From IMG/VR virus record IMGVR_UViG_2529292922_000010: a stretch of 64,000 bases of DNA. One strand, 5' to 3'. The stretch comes from a virus. Its lineage: Duplodnaviria; Heunggongvirae; Uroviricota; Caudoviricetes. Position numbers and translations under genes: made by a program. Under the pieces are notes generated by a model. That model was not told where the DNA came from, searched no databases, and saw only the letters and a list, made by a program, of their open reading frames with translations. Numbering within the stretch: the stretch's first letter is position 1; each line of letters begins with the position of its first letter. Positions 1 through 10,851 of the stretch are shown piece by piece.

Positions 1-41
1 GGTCTGAAGAGGAGTTTACGTCCAGCTGCGCATAAAAATCA

Positions 42-58
42 AGAATTATTAGAGCAAT
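42..58 (-). promoter_or_regulatory. C1 repressor operator-like site (inverted orientation)
   Basis: TTATTAGAGCAAT core, reverse complement of the P1 operator consensus ATTGCTCTAATAAATTT recalled from memory. Confidence 0.5.
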
Positions 59-124
59 AAATTTTGAGAGAAAAATCCCACTCCACCAGCCAAAAACTGG
101 ATTGTTTTTCATAGTTGTTTGACA

Positions 125-141
125 ATTGCTCTAATAAATTA
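125..141 (+). promoter_or_regulatory. C1 repressor operator
   Basis: ATTGCTCTAATAAATTA, 16/17 match to recalled P1 operator consensus, upstream of coi/c1. Confidence 0.65.
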
Positions 142-379
142 TAGTTTTGCCGCCGTTTCGTAATACGACTTTGGATTCACTATTTAATGTGTCTTCAGCG
201 TTGTAGAGCGGCTCAGAAGGAAATGAGCAAACAGGGAAACCTTATACAACGGCATTACAGCTATGCATTGCTCATCTTACACACAGCGCAATGTTGTTAG
301 ATTACCCCAGCATGGATCATGGGTGAAACAGTAGGTCAGAGCTTCAGGCTCTGTGTTGTCAATACAGTGAGGCATAATT

Positions 380-589
380 ATGGCTTTCATTCCACCAACC
401 ATCGACGACGTTAGACATTGCTCTAACGCTTTATCTGTAGACCCCGCCGAAACCGACGCTGCCCGCGCCATTGCTGAACACTACTCAAAGATATCCAATC
501 AGGAGTACCGCATCACCCAAGACGACCTGGATGATCTCACTGACACAATCGAATATCTCATGGCCACTAACCAGCCAGACTCACAATAA
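380..589 (+). CDS. coi: C1 inactivator Coi
   Basis: 69-aa ORF immediately upstream of c1; size and position match P1 coi. Confidence 0.7.
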   Translation: MAFIPPTIDDVRHCSNALSVDPAETDAARAIAEHYSKISNQEYRITQDDLDDLTDTIEYLMATNQPDSQ

Positions 590-699
590 ATGCACTAATA
601 AATCTATTATTTTCGTTGGATCCTTCTATAATGGTGGCCAACAACTCCCAGTGTAATCCGCTGTGAGTTGTTGGCCATGTCAATTCTGGAGGAGGATCA

Positions 700-1551
700 A
701 TGATAAATTATGTCTACGGCGAACAACTGTACCAGGAGTTCGTCAGCTTCAGGGATCTCTTTCTAAAAAAAGCTGTTGCACGCGCCCAACACGTTGATGC
801 CGCCAGCGACGGTCGTCCTGTACGCCCGGTTGTCGTTCTGCCGTTCAAAGAAACTGACAGCATTCAGGCTGAAATTGATAAATGGACTTTAATGGCGCGG
901 GAACTGGAACAGTACCCAGACCTCAATATCCCAAAGACTATTTTATATCCAGTGCCTAACATCCTTCGCGGTGTGCGTAAGGTTACGACTTATCAGACAG
1001 AAGCTGTGAACAGCGTCAACATGACCGCTGGCCGCATTATTCATCTGATTGATAAGGACATTCGCATCCAGAAAAGCGCAGGGATCAATGAGCACAGTGC
1101 GAAATACATAGAGAACCTGGAAGCAACAAAAGAGCTAATGAAGCAGTACCCGGAGGATGAAAAATTCCGTATGCGCGTACACGGCTTTAGCGAAACAATG
1201 CTGCGCGTCCATTACATTTCTAGTAGCCCTAACTACAATGATGGTAAATCAGTTAGTTACCATGTGCCGCTATGTGGTGTGTTTATCTGCGATGAAACTC
1301 TCCGTGATGGAATTATCATCAACGGTGAATTCGAGAAAGCAAAATTTAGCCTTTATGACTCTATAGAACCGATCATCTGCGACCGCTGGCCGCAGGCAAA
1401 AATATATCGCCTGGCAGATATTGAAAATGTAAAAAAACAAATTGCCATCACTCGCGAAGAGAAAAAGGTCAAATCAGCCGCATCAGTTACGCGCAGCCGT
1501 AAAACTAAGAAAGGGCAGCCAGTAAACGACAACCCCGAAAGCGCGCAATAG
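700..1551 (+). CDS. c1: C1 repressor of lysis
   Basis: 283 aa, strong RBS GGAGGAGG; N-terminus MINYVYGEQLYQEF and length match recalled P1 C1; consensus operators dispersed through the window. Confidence 0.85.
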   Translation: MINYVYGEQLYQEFVSFRDLFLKKAVARAQHVDAASDGRPVRPVVVLPFKETDSIQAEIDKWTLMARELEQYPDLNIPKTILYPVPNILRGVRKVTTYQTEAVNSVNMTAGRIIHLIDKDIRIQKSAGINEHSAKYIENLEATKELMKQYPEDEKFRMRVHGFSETMLRVHYISSSPNYNDGKSVSYHVPLCGVFICDETLRDGIIINGEFEKAKFSLYDSIEPIICDRWPQAKIYRLADIENVKKQIAITREEKKVKSAASVTRSRKTKKGQPVNDNPESAQ

Positions 1552-1575
1552 TTTCCATCCGGCATGGTCAATGAG

Positions 1576-3060
1576 TTATTCATTAAGCCATGCCAGAGCT
1601 TCATCAACCTGCGCTTCGTCTTCGACGCTAAGCACTTCATCCTGGGGAACATAATCCGCCAGCATAGCGAAACAATATGTATCCCAATGGTCTGGTGAGT
1701 GCAGGTTGAGTTTTTTCTTCATATCCTCCTTACTCATCACCTTCCATTGACCTGCGGAGTTAATCCCTACAGGGATTTTCGACGCTTCCTCAATAGTTTC
1801 ATTACCCTTATCCAGTCTCATACGACCAGATTTTACGGCCTCTGCGGCTTGAACGTTGGCATAAGCACGTTTATCAAAGTACAGGCTCTTATCTTCACGA
1901 CTATGCATCTTTTTACCCCAGCGTATACGCTGTACGGTAATACCATAATACTCGTACATCAGATCCGCCGTTGCTTTACCCAGCCCATCGCCGTCTATCG
2001 CTATGGTGATATTTGGGAATCGCTCAGGATTACATTCTGCGAAAATTTTGGCGGCAAGCTGCGTTTCTGTAACGTCTGTGTATTCCAGCATTCGATAGTT
2101 GATTACACGGCGTTTATTTCTCTGGCCGGACACCATCATGATATTGATAACGGACTTATCCCGTCCCGTACCACCAGCAACGTCCACACATGCAAGCCAG
2201 CCCCATCCTTTGGCAATCTTGACTTTCCGCCGCGTCGCACGTTCAACCTCATCACGTCCAAGAAGGAAGCCATCCTGTGATTTAGGGAATAGTCCGCGTA
2301 CCTTAATCATGTACATAGGGTTATCACGCCCGCCGTACTCCGCCAGCTTCATTTTGATAAATGCTGGCGTTACCAGCGGTGATTCCTCACTGTTAAGCGT
2401 GATCGCCGTATAAACGCCATCAGGGTTACCAGGACGCTTGGCCAGTTTATGGTGAGTATCGTAGAAATAGCCGCTTGGGCGTGTAGGCTGTGACAGTAAT
2501 AAGATGCGGTTATCCTGTCCGGTAAGAGCACCGGTGATGATACCGAAAGCTCTATCACTGACACCGGAGGCTTCATCGATAATATACAGAAGATGATCTG
2601 CGTGTTCACCGGCGAGAGCTTCTTCACTTCCCAGACGAAAGCCCTTCGGTACTACAGTCCATACACCTTTACCAGTAACCTCATAGAAAGCGGTTTCTGT
2701 CAGAACAAAATAATCAGCAAGCCATGGAAAACGGCTGGTGGCAGTAGCCCAGTTTATCTTGATGTACTTGAATATACCGGTCATTACCTGCTGAATTTTG
2801 TTCGCAACGATAATGGCGCGGGCACCGGGATACATGATTATGAACAACATGATCATGATAGAAGTCATGTCTGATTTCCCGGTACCGTGACCAGACGAAA
2901 CAGATGTCTTGCTACCCTGTTCCTGCACAGACTCAATAATCAGATCCTGCTGCCAGGTAGGTGTTTTGCCGAACAAAACATCAGCGGCAGCAATCCAGTC
3001 ATAACGATATAGCGCCACCAGCTCGCGCCAACGTGGATCCGTTACGCAACTTCTGGCCAT
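1576..3060 (-). CDS. pacB: terminase large subunit PacB
   Basis: 494 aa, Walker [11 protein letters not shown]-terminal nuclease-type acidic residues; immediately downstream of pacA. Confidence 0.9.
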   Translation of the reverse strand: MARSCVTDPRWRELVALYRYDWIAAADVLFGKTPTWQQDLIIESVQEQGSKTSVSSGHGTGKSDMTSIMIMLFIIMYPGARAIIVANKIQQVMTGIFKYIKINWATATSRFPWLADYFVLTETAFYEVTGKGVWTVVPKGFRLGSEEALAGEHADHLLYIIDEASGVSDRAFGIITGALTGQDNRILLLSQPTRPSGYFYDTHHKLAKRPGNPDGVYTAITLNSEESPLVTPAFIKMKLAEYGGRDNPMYMIKVRGLFPKSQDGFLLGRDEVERATRRKVKIAKGWGWLACVDVAGGTGRDKSVINIMMVSGQRNKRRVINYRMLEYTDVTETQLAAKIFAECNPERFPNITIAIDGDGLGKATADLMYEYYGITVQRIRWGKKMHSREDKSLYFDKRAYANVQAAEAVKSGRMRLDKGNETIEEASKIPVGINSAGQWKVMSKEDMKKKLNLHSPDHWDTYCFAMLADYVPQDEVLSVEDEAQVDEALAWLNE

Positions 3061-4253
3061 TAATCATCATCCCCGTATAGCTTGCGGGTAACTTCTTCGT
3101 CTTCCTCCTCGTCTTCGTCCAGGTCTTGTTCCAGCCATGGGTCGTTTGATACACCTTCAGTATCAACATCTCCATAACCGCCTGTATCAACGATATCGGC
3201 GATTTCTTCCCTACGCTGCTCAATCCACAATGCGGCATCGGCGCGGCGGTTGGCGGCCCGTTCTCGCGCAACTTTGTCCAGATCTTCAAGAGAAGGGCCA
3301 CCGACGGCTGTTTGCCTTTCCTCATCATCGGTATTGGTCTTAGGAGCACGCAGATCGGCTTTGATTTGCTCCAGCATCAGGGGCGGCACTTTTCCGCCAT
3401 GCGCCTCGATGAATTCAGCTGCTTCCAGCACTGACCAGTTATTTTCACGCTTTCGTTCGTATGCCAGCTTAACAATGCCAGCTTGCCCCATAGATAAAGC
3501 GTGCTTTTCCGCCTCCCGGCTTTCTTTTCGATAGTTATTCCGGATGCTGTAAATGGTGTTGATCAGGCTGCTTATCTGCGCGGAACAGCTGTTTAGCATG
3601 CTCGCGATACGATATTCAGGCGGAGTCCCTTCATCATCGTCTTTTTGCTGATCGCGCATTTCCTGCACCAGACGAATACACGTATCCCTGGCGTTCTCCA
3701 GCATAAGGAGATGAGAGAGAGACTTTTCCAGAAGAGTGGTTTCCAGAACATCAGCCCCGGACCGACGCAACATAGCGCGCGCGGCCTTCCGCGCTTCAAC
3801 GTTATCTATCAGGTAATCGCCAGCTTCGAATTCAAAGCGTTCACCATCATCATCCAGGGTGTCGCGTTCCAGGCGATCACGTAAGGTCCGGTGGGCGCGG
3901 GTGATCACGTCATGATCATCAGAACGATCATTTATGCGCTTATTCTGGCGCTTCGCGTTCTCGACTGCGGCACTGACAACAGCATTAACTCTTTGTTTTT
4001 CAGCCATTTCAGCCACAATGTGATCACCTGCACGTTGATCATTAGCGTGATCAATGATCATGCTTTTTAGTGGTTTTCTGACAGGCTTATTTGGCTTACG
4101 GCTGTCCGCTGTTCCGGTGTCTTCTTTGAATGCACGGAGATAACGACGTGCGGTGTTTGGGTTGAGATTAAACTCGGCGGCATATTGTGCGATGGTGTAA
4201 CCACCATCTCGCGCCAGGCGAGCAAAATTCTTCTTGTGATCGTCCCAGGTCAC
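3060..4253 (-). CDS. pacA: terminase small subunit PacA (contains pac site)
   Basis: 397 aa, N-terminal HTH, acidic C-terminal tail, contains the GATC-rich pac cleavage region; size matches P1 PacA. Confidence 0.85.
   Translation of the reverse strand: MTWDDHKKNFARLARDGGYTIAQYAAEFNLNPNTARRYLRAFKEDTGTADSRKPNKPVRKPLKSMIIDHANDQRAGDHIVAEMAEKQRVNAVVSAAVENAKRQNKRINDRSDDHDVITRAHRTLRDRLERDTLDDDGERFEFEAGDYLIDNVEARKAARAMLRRSGADVLETTLLEKSLSHLLMLENARDTCIRLVQEMRDQQKDDDEGTPPEYRIASMLNSCSAQISSLINTIYSIRNNYRKESREAEKHALSMGQAGIVKLAYERKRENNWSVLEAAEFIEAHGGKVPPLMLEQIKADLRAPKTNTDDEERQTAVGGPSLEDLDKVARERAANRRADAALWIEQRREEIADIVDTGGYGDVDTEGVSNDPWLEQDLDEDEEEDEEVTRKLYGDDD
3901..4060. other. pac packaging site: two clusters of TGATCA/G hexamers (3 + 4 GATC) flanking a ~90-bp spacer
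   Basis: GATC at 3903, 3914, 3926 and 4022, 4037, 4049, 4056; matches the 7-hexamer Dam-methylated P1 pac architecture. Confidence 0.8.
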
Positions 4254-4339
4254 TTATGCTTCCTTTCGTATAAAACTCTTTTTGACGCGAGGGTAACGAA
4301 AGTCACATGTCAAAAGGCCCGGAACGGGCAAGCAATCAA

Positions 4340-4792
4340 TCAGATACGTGCGGATGTGGCATTACCGTAATGACGGTGCTGACGGACCACCTTATTGAAA
4401 AGTTGACGCGCCATCACCCAAGGCTGGTGCTCCCGGCGTTCCTTTTCGTCCTGCGTCATATAGAGTTCGTTCTGGAGTTTTTCATCAAACCGGCGCGGAG
4501 CGCGGCTGCGGCGAAAGAATTCAGGATTCAGAGAGTGGATCTGAAATCTACGTGGGCGTGTACTGTCATCAATCAAAACAGACGAATACTTAGACACAGC
4601 GATAGCCTTTAAGCGCAGATAAACATCGCGCTTATCGACATCCAGATGCGGGTATTCCTTTTCAAGAATTGCTGCGAGTTCTTTCGCTGATAGAAGAGAT
4701 TTAGTGCGGATCATGTAATCCGCAATCTCGTACGATGTTATTCGTGAGTGATTTATTTCCATGAAGTGGCGTCCCTGCCAGTTAAGTAACAT
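4340..4792 (-). CDS. lpa: late promoter activator-like protein (start probably at internal Met near 4762)
   Basis: about 150 aa; position between pdcA and pacA as in P1; C1 operator just upstream. Confidence 0.5.
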   Translation of the reverse strand: MLLNWQGRHFMEINHSRITSYEIADYMIRTKSLLSAKELAAILEKEYPHLDVDKRDVYLRLKAIAVSKYSSVLIDDSTRPRRFQIHSLNPEFFRRSRAPRRFDEKLQNELYMTQDEKERREHQPWVMARQLFNKVVRQHRHYGNATSARI

Positions 4793-4867
4793 CCTGTCAC
4801 CTACTGATTAGCCCATGTCAACTAATCAACGTCGAATATAATACCCTCGATTAAAGAAATAGCAATA

Positions 4868-4880
4868 CATTAGAGCAATT
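4868..4880 (-). promoter_or_regulatory. C1 operator-like site upstream of lpa
   Basis: CATTAGAGCAAT, variant of reverse-complement operator consensus. Confidence 0.45.
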
Positions 4881-5924
4881 TTATCTAACACTCGACGAAT
4901 GACTTGTGATAGCGCCGACTCCAAGCGCGTAATCAAAGAACAATCGTTGATGCATCGCCAGCCTACCGTGCGTCTTCTCCCAATTATCGCGGTCACGCTC
5001 AATATCACGCTGGCATGACTGGCACAGAGGAATAGCATAAATGTCATGCGCGCATAATCGACTATGACGAACGATATAAGGCGTAATGTGAGCGCCAGCT
5101 CCCGCAGCTCCACAGCCACAGCATGGACGGGAAGCCACAAAGTCCATGTACTCGGGCAATTTTAGCGATTGAAGTTTTGGTATCTTGAAATGCGCCATAC
5201 CTGGGTCGGAGTCAACATCCACAGGGCATACTTTTGCACGCATCGGCGCGGCGCGTTCTTCCATCATCTGAACATATGCTGTAGCGCGATCGTCATACGG
5301 GCGAATATCCGCCTCTTTCAGAGGTCCGCTATCCTGCGTTGCGGCTTTCATCTTATTTATTGATATACGGCAAACTTCTTCCGGCATCAGGTGCATCATG
5401 TTGCGCATGAAAGCCCACCAGCACAGTTCCTGAATACTTAAATCATGGCCATCTGAAAGCCCCATTTCCTGACGGGCGACATCCAGTATCCAGTTAACGC
5501 GATTATTATGCAGCGTTTCTTTCAGCTCATTAAAACCACGCATCCGGTAATGGTTATCGTGATGCCAGCACAACAACACCGCGCTATTGTCTCGTTCTGC
5601 GTGGACAATATGGTTGTCACACCAGCTACGATCTGCGGCCTGGCATTGCCCCTCTTTCCTGCGCAACCACGCCACCAGCGCGTCAATTCCACCAATACGG
5701 CGAAACAGTTCATCGCTGTTAAAAAACGGCTGCAACGCCTCATTTGTTGCCATAGTTTGCTCGGAAACAACGAGGCCGTCGTCCATGTGCTCGATTAACT
5801 CACGCGGCACCGGCTCCATAATAAATTTACGGCCAGCCTCCACCAGCTTTCTGACTTCCTGATCCACTTTGAATGTGGCGACGCCAAGCTCTTTTTGTAC
5901 AAAGGGAGTAATTACGGCTTTCAC
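4881..5924 (-). CDS. pdcA: hypothetical protein with Cys-rich C-terminal region (post-doc gene A position)
   Basis: 347-aa ORF; CCGCG...CQSCQ cysteine cluster; synteny with P1 pdcA. Confidence 0.5.
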   Translation of the reverse strand: MKAVITPFVQKELGVATFKVDQEVRKLVEAGRKFIMEPVPRELIEHMDDGLVVSEQTMATNEALQPFFNSDELFRRIGGIDALVAWLRRKEGQCQAADRSWCDNHIVHAERDNSAVLLCWHHDNHYRMRGFNELKETLHNNRVNWILDVARQEMGLSDGHDLSIQELCWWAFMRNMMHLMPEEVCRISINKMKAATQDSGPLKEADIRPYDDRATAYVQMMEERAAPMRAKVCPVDVDSDPGMAHFKIPKLQSLKLPEYMDFVASRPCCGCGAAGAGAHITPYIVRHSRLCAHDIYAIPLCQSCQRDIERDRDNWEKTHGRLAMHQRLFFDYALGVGAITSHSSSVR

Positions 5925-5951
5925 ATCACACCTTTCATCACTGATTGGGCT

Positions 5952-6152
5952 TTATCTGCTGCCCGGCATTCTCTGTTTAAGCACAACCATTTCCTGACGG
6001 CATAACACAGCAATAGCAGTCCTGGCTCCAATTTGCTTACCAACCAGGTATTGCTTTACCTCGCGGCGACTCACGCCATCAAGAAGCATCTTTAACGCTT
6101 CACGGGACAATTTGTTGTATTTGCGTGCCATTAATCTACTCCGCAGAACCAT
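5952..6152 (-). CDS. pdcB: small basic protein (post-doc gene B position), start likely at MARKYNK
   Basis: about 60-aa ORF directly downstream of doc. Confidence 0.4.
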   Translation of the reverse strand: MVLRSRLMARKYNKLSREALKMLLDGVSRREVKQYLVGKQIGARTAIAVLCRQEMVVLKQRMPGSR

Positions 6153-6516
6153 ACAATCTACGTAACGTGTCGGCGACAGAAGATACAGATATCTCGCCAG
6201 TCGCAGCGCCTACAGTAAGGTCTGCCAGTTCAGGTGAATCAAATACCTGCACCCCGTTACGGCGTAGAAATAACAGCGCACTGTTTAGCGCGGTACGCTT
6301 ATTGGCATCATTGAATATATGCCCTCTCGCTGTAGCCACCAGGTAGGTGGCGGAGACTTCGAAAAGGTCGGTGATCTCTTCGTAGGCAACTCTGGCCTGA
6401 ACTCTCCCGATAATGGCCTCTGCCCTACCCGGATCTGACATTCCCGGCAGGCCGCCGTAGCGGTTTATATTCGCATCATGAAGCGCAATAAGTTCTTCCG
6501 GTGATATATGCCTCAT
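6136..6516 (-). CDS. doc: Doc toxin (Fic/Doc family kinase, death on curing)
   Basis: 126 aa; sequence [17 protein letters not shown]...[16 protein letters not shown] essentially matches recalled P1 Doc, including the Fic motif HxFx(D/N)ANKR. Confidence 0.95.
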   Translation of the reverse strand: MRHISPEELIALHDANINRYGGLPGMSDPGRAEAIIGRVQARVAYEEITDLFEVSATYLVATARGHIFNDANKRTALNSALLFLRRNGVQVFDSPELADLTVGAATGEISVSSVADTLRRLYGSAE

Positions 6517-6737
6517 TATCGGTTAACCAGTTCCTTATTGGTGGATTCCAGGGTGTCAAACAGGGATGCAAATTCAGCATCCAGCGCCGCTTTTTTGTAG
6601 GCTTCGAAAGTAGCCTTGCTGACAATTACTGCTGGCTCACGGCCTCTGCGGGTGATTTCAACCTCTTCCCCGGCTTCAACATTGTTGAGCACTTCAGAAA
6701 GGTTGCCACGCGCGGTTCGGAAGTTAATGGATTGCAT
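6516..6737 (-). CDS. phd: Phd antitoxin (prevents host death)
   Basis: 73 aa from [16 protein letters not shown]; overlaps doc start by 1 nt; matches recalled P1 Phd. Confidence 0.95.
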   Translation of the reverse strand: MQSINFRTARGNLSEVLNNVEAGEEVEITRRGREPAVIVSKATFEAYKKAALDAEFASLFDTLESTNKELVNR

Positions 6738-6809
6738 AAACACCTCGTGTACTCGTTATGTGTACACAATTATAAACTTCACAGGCATAAAGCACCAGCA
6801 CTTTGCAGC

Positions 6810-7199
6810 TTAAATGACCGGACAATCATCAAATTCCCCACTTCGGGCATCATTGATGACATGAGTGATCACACCAAAAACAGCATTACTACCCGTGTAA
6901 CCATCGTCATCTACTGGTAACGCCTCTTTCTTCCCGGTGCTTAAATCCTCCAGGTGCTGGCGCGGATACTTCCTGTATCTCTTTATGCGATATTCACCCT
7001 CCATAGCGCACACAAGCAGCGAACCATCAACTGGAGTAAGCGAAGAATCAACCACCAGCAAAGCACCCTGCAATATTCCCTCACGGTGATGGCTATCAGC
7101 TGCCCGCATGAAGTAGGTTGCTGATGGATGTCTAATTATCTGCTGATCAAGAGAAATTCGGCTTTCAACATAATCCGCCGCAGGAGAAGGGAAGCCCAT
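6810..7199 (-). CDS. humD: UmuD'-like SOS mutagenesis protein HumD
   Basis: 129 aa, LexA/UmuD C-terminal peptidase-fold pattern, LexA box directly upstream, synteny next to phd. Confidence 0.8.
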   Translation of the reverse strand: MGFPSPAADYVESRISLDQQIIRHPSATYFMRAADSHHREGILQGALLVVDSSLTPVDGSLLVCAMEGEYRIKRYRKYPRQHLEDLSTGKKEALPVDDDGYTGSNAVFGVITHVINDARSGEFDDCPVI

Positions 7200-7217
7200 A
7201 GCGTTTTACCTCAAAAA

Positions 7218-7237
7218 TACTGTTTATCCGTACAGTA
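7218..7237. promoter_or_regulatory. LexA (SOS) box
   Basis: TACTGTTTATCCGTACAGTA = CTGT-N8-ACAG perfect palindromic arms, between divergent humD and the 7373 ORF. Confidence 0.75.
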
Positions 7238-7372
7238 TACATTAAAGAAGCACCTTTGGTGCAAACGCGTTATGTACATCAACCACCGCAGATGATTTTG
7301 TGCGCTTTGCTACTATTCATCACCAACGGATCAGCGTAACCTCATTGCCAATCAGTTAATAAGGAATTAGCT

Positions 7373-7945
7373 ATGCCTAATCGCATTCCTCTCGATCCTG
7401 TATTGCCCAAAAATTTTGACTGCACTCCTAACGAGAAACGCTCTAAAGCTCAGCTGGACGCCTGGTGGGACCATCCCTATGGGGTTACAGAACATGACGG
7501 GAAAATTGTTGTTTATTGTCTGAATGGTGGCGCGTGGGACCGTCCATCCGTGCTGGGTTTGGCAAATAACTATGATGAAGCCTGTGAACTTGCCGAAAGA
7601 CAGCAGGCTAGATGGGTAAAAACGCGGTCACAGCCGATATTTATGTACTCACAGGAACCTCCATTTGTGCTGGCGAGAATGCCGCAGCGACCGGATCATC
7701 AACAAGAAATTGTTGCTGAATTTTCCTCAATGGATGAGATGAATCTCTTCTCATTAAAGCAGGAAGAAAGGGATCGCGTCGAAGTGTCTCCAACTCTCGA
7801 CCACAACCGGATGAACCTGGCCCAACTCGCCTGGTACAGCAAAGAATTGGAGATGTCTATTGCCCGGCTTGAAAACGAAAAAGCCGCTATCCAAGCCCAG
7901 CATGAAGCTGTCATTGCCAGGATACGAGAAGTTCAAAACGGTTAA
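7373..7945 (+). CDS. hypothetical protein, probably LexA-regulated
   Basis: 190-aa ORF with RBS AGGAAT; divergent from humD across the LexA box. Confidence 0.5.
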   Translation: MPNRIPLDPVLPKNFDCTPNEKRSKAQLDAWWDHPYGVTEHDGKIVVYCLNGGAWDRPSVLGLANNYDEACELAERQQARWVKTRSQPIFMYSQEPPFVLARMPQRPDHQQEIVAEFSSMDEMNLFSLKQEERDRVEVSPTLDHNRMNLAQLAWYSKELEMSIARLENEKAAIQAQHEAVIARIREVQNG

Positions 7946-7951
7946 CTACCG

Positions 7952-8203
7952 CTATTTCTTTACGGCATCATCTTTCTGATATGCCGGATCGCTCCCTTTT
8001 GGCAACTGGAGGCTTAACTGCCGGTAGTGTCGTAGCCGTTCCATGAAATAGGTGCGCAGATTCTCTGGTTGCTCGCGGGCTACCTGTTCAGCTATGACAG
8101 GTATGTTCAATCGCTCTTTGTACGCCACACCGCTGGCAGCCAGATCAACGTTAACCTTATCCCGTTCTTCCTGACTTTTAGCTGCAATATTCCAGTCGCT
8201 CAT
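7952..8203 (-). CDS. hot: DNA polymerase III theta-subunit homologue Hot
   Basis: 83 aa; [32 protein letters not shown] resembles E. coli HolE. Confidence 0.8.
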   Translation of the reverse strand: MSDWNIAAKSQEERDKVNVDLAASGVAYKERLNIPVIAEQVAREQPENLRTYFMERLRHYRQLSLQLPKGSDPAYQKDDAVKK

Positions 8204-8205
8204 AT

Positions 8206-8478
8206 TTAAGGCTCACATTTCCAGATGGTATTCTGAACACCCGAACCGGGCGCTAGATGAGGGTTAGCGTTCGCGCTATGCTGATATACTGCTTTAGACT
8301 TCCCATATTGCTGACAGGCTTTATCTGCGGTTTTTTGCAGGCTATCCAGGCCATACCAACCATCTGACTGTATGCTTACCTTTTCACCGTCGTTGTATTG
8401 CACCATTGCACACCCAGATATAGCCAGTATCGCGCCGACAATAACGCTTTTCCATAAAACTCTATGCAACATAGACAA
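8206..8478 (-). CDS. small lipoprotein
   Basis: signal peptide with lipobox LAISGC. Confidence 0.5.
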   Translation of the reverse strand: MSMLHRVLWKSVIVGAILAISGCAMVQYNDGEKVSIQSDGWYGLDSLQKTADKACQQYGKSKAVYQHSANANPHLAPGSGVQNTIWKCEP

Positions 8479-8782
8479 AAATCCCCTCTGTGAATTGAGG
8501 GGATTTTAGCATGGTGATCAGAGATCAGCTTTATGCAGAATTTTATCCACCAGCGATGTGATTTTTTCTGCCAGGTCATCATTACTTACCCAATCCTGGC
8601 GGGCAGCCAGAACGGGCGACAAGGCTAATATTAACTCTCGTCGTAATGATACGTTCCTTGCTACAGGCGGAATACGTGGTGCTGGTGGTGGTTTAAGCCC
8701 CTCGCTCCCTTGTATTTCTGGAGTATTCGGCTGATAGCCATTAGTTATTTTCGGCGGTATTGGACGAGGACGAAACATCGCG

Positions 8783-9148
8783 CTACCTCCTACACTCAGG
8801 GCAGGTGTTCCCTTCCGCAAAGTAGGGGAAACTGCTATCAAGTTCATCACACCATCTGCGATGCTCGTAGCACCAAAAAGCCTCCCACGGTAAACCAAAA
8901 GACTTCATCCACCGGGACACTCGATCTGGTATATCTGCTGGTGGCAGTTCTTCTGGCAATAATTTGCCTGATAATTCCCTTTCCGCCCGCGCCAGCATTC
9001 CTTTTAGACTCGCATTCTCTTTTTCAAGAATCTCTATGCGCGCCTGTAACTCAGCTTTCGTTGGCATGGCCCGCCTCATGCTTATCAGCCACCAGCGGCA
9101 ATAAAGCCCTGGCCATCTTATGAACCAATAGTGCATCAATAATGCCAA
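8783..9148 (-). CDS. hypothetical coiled-coil protein with C-terminal CPEC zinc-ribbon-like motif (start probably MPTKAEL)
   Basis: ORF; leucine heptads; CxxC at C-terminus. Confidence 0.35.
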   Translation of the reverse strand: MALLMHYWFIRWPGLYCRWWLISMRRAMPTKAELQARIEILEKENASLKGMLARAERELSGKLLPEELPPADIPDRVSRWMKSFGLPWEAFWCYEHRRWCDELDSSFPYFAEGNTCPECRR

Positions 9149-9701
9149 GCGTATGCCCCGGCTTAATGTTTAATGCCGCCTCAAGGTGACACCTTTCCAG
9201 GCCACTTTTCTCGGCTTGTTTATGATGATCTGGCGTAATAACGTCGCCCAAAACACGGCTAATTTTTTCTCGTAATTGCTGGGTGCCAGCACACTTGATC
9301 GCTGTATCGTGGATGCGGTTAACCAGTTCGCGATAAACATGCGGCTTAATTCGGATACGTTCACCGGTGACGCCCTTTCCTGGCGCTGGCACCGAACTAT
9401 CCGGAATATCCGGATAGTTGCCAGCCTCGTAAGCTACCCGCAGCCAGTGCATGAATGTTTCAGTGGACACACAACCGCAGTCCACATCGATTTTCGCGCG
9501 TTGCTGTTCCAGCCACTGCTCAAAATTCAATCTACACGTATTACTTTCATGTTGCTCTTTTTGTCTCAAGGCCAGCATCTGCTGGGCTATTTCCAATACT
9601 TCATCTGCCGTATATCCAGCACCGTGACCATACATTTCGATACGGGAAATAATCTCTGATATACGCTCTTCAGTGATTCTGGTCATTTCTTTTTGCGCCA
9701 T
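9051..9701 (-). CDS. hypothetical protein
   Basis: 216-aa ORF in leftward operon. Confidence 0.45.
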   Translation of the reverse strand: MAQKEMTRITEERISEIISRIEMYGHGAGYTADEVLEIAQQMLALRQKEQHESNTCRLNFEQWLEQQRAKIDVDCGCVSTETFMHWLRVAYEAGNYPDIPDSSVPAPGKGVTGERIRIKPHVYRELVNRIHDTAIKCAGTQQLREKISRVLGDVITPDHHKQAEKSGLERCHLEAALNIKPGHTLGIIDALLVHKMARALLPLVADKHEAGHANES

Positions 9702-10057
9702 TTCTTTTCACATTCCTTAGTCCATTTTTCAATGTTCATTTTGGCAATATCAGTCATTCCATCACCTAAGAAATACTTTTTCCGGTATGTCTTGCACTTA
9801 AACCACACTACAACAGCCACCAGCCAGAAAATAAAAGGCCATACAGCAATACCAACGACAGCCGCGATAAAGCCCAATAGCCATAAATGAAGCTCTCCAA
9901 CTTCTGTTTCCGGCAATATTCTTAAAGAATTAAACAGCAGGCTGAACGAATGGTCGTATGCATTGGCAGTATAAGACATGCAATCCATATAATTAAAGTC
10001 ATAGCCTGCGGCTGCCGCCCATAATGGGCGGTCAAGAAAATGTTTTAGTGTCATCAT
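9683..10057 (-). CDS. small membrane protein (2 TM helices, lysine-rich C-terminus)
   Basis: hydrophobic segments LWLLGFIAAVVGIAVWPFIFWLVAVVVWF. Confidence 0.45.
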   Translation of the reverse strand: MMTLKHFLDRPLWAAAAGYDFNYMDCMSYTANAYDHSFSLLFNSLRILPETEVGELHLWLLGFIAAVVGIAVWPFIFWLVAVVVWFKCKTYRKKYFLGDGMTDIAKMNIEKWTKECEKKWRKKK

Positions 10058-10063
10058 ATAAAT

Positions 10064-10453
10064 TTAAGGTTCAGACCAGTTATCTTCAATAGCAATGCTT
10101 AATCTTTGTAGCCATTCTGCTAATTTCAGCATTGCTTCTCTTTCGCTTAAACCACGAGGAAAATCATCAAGTGAAATTGTTGGCTTGAATCCCCCGTAAT
10201 TATCCATTTCAACTGTCAGATTTTGTTCCAGCACGGTATTTCTTACGCGGCTATTGTGCCGGAGCAAATATACTGAACGTGATTTATTGGTTTTGTGGTC
10301 TAGCTTATATTCGGTAAGTATCATCTGGCTTTTGCCATGACTATTACCTCTCCACATACTTACCTCACTTAATAAAACAACTCCATGCGTAGTTGATGAT
10401 TTTTTCCCACGTAATATAAATCTGCACTCCGGCAGTAAAACCAAAGCCAACAA
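10064..10453 (-). CDS. hypothetical protein
   Basis: ORF, start uncertain. Confidence 0.35.
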   Translation of the reverse strand: MLALVLLPECRFILRGKKSSTTHGVVLLSEVSMWRGNSHGKSQMILTEYKLDHKTNKSRSVYLLRHNSRVRNTVLEQNLTVEMDNYGGFKPTISLDDFPRGLSEREAMLKLAEWLQRLSIAIEDNWSEP

Positions 10454-10535
10454 TTGCTGAAAAAATCAAAACATTTACTTTTGACATTATAAATTTTCTC
10501 TCGGTGTCGTAGGTGATAGCACCATAATTGATAAT

Positions 10536-10787
10536 TTAGTGAGTTAGCAGTTCCATTTTTTGGATGATTTCCGCATGAGCATCATCGTTATCAACACTTA
10601 ACTCGTTTAATGCCTCTCGCACTACATCAACTTCTTCTGGTTGGAAGAAGTCATCTCGGTAGTCACCAAATAGAACCGAAACAAGCCTGCCACCAGCAAC
10701 ATCAAGATTGGCGCTAACAGGTGGCTCTTTACCATCCTCAAATTCGACTACAAAAGTTATTTTTCCCATCGTTACCACCAGCGACAA
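10536..10787 (-). CDS. hypothetical acidic protein
   Basis: 83-aa ORF. Confidence 0.4.
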   Translation of the reverse strand: MSLVVTMGKITFVVEFEDGKEPPVSANLDVAGGRLVSVLFGDYRDDFFQPEEVDVVREALNELSVDNDDAHAEIIQKMELLTH

Positions 10788-10851
10788 ATTGAATACAAAC
10801 CCAGTGCTGCCGCCATCACAATTCCTACCGTGGTGAATGCTTCAGGCCAGC

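Noticed and set aside
1-380. loxP site expected near coi/c1 in P1
   Set aside because: No ATAACTTCGTATA...TATACGAAGTTAT palindrome is present in the window; lox/cre must lie outside it (beyond the left end).
1699-2874. Plus-strand ORFs (193, 104, 93 aa) inside pacB
   Set aside because: Antisense to a well-supported terminase gene, with no RBS and no recognisable motifs.
8518-8898. 126-aa minus-strand ORF overlapping the 8783..9148 gene
   Set aside because: Extensive overlap with a more plausible coiled-coil/zinc-ribbon ORF; at most a shorter C-terminal part from MFRPRP could be real.
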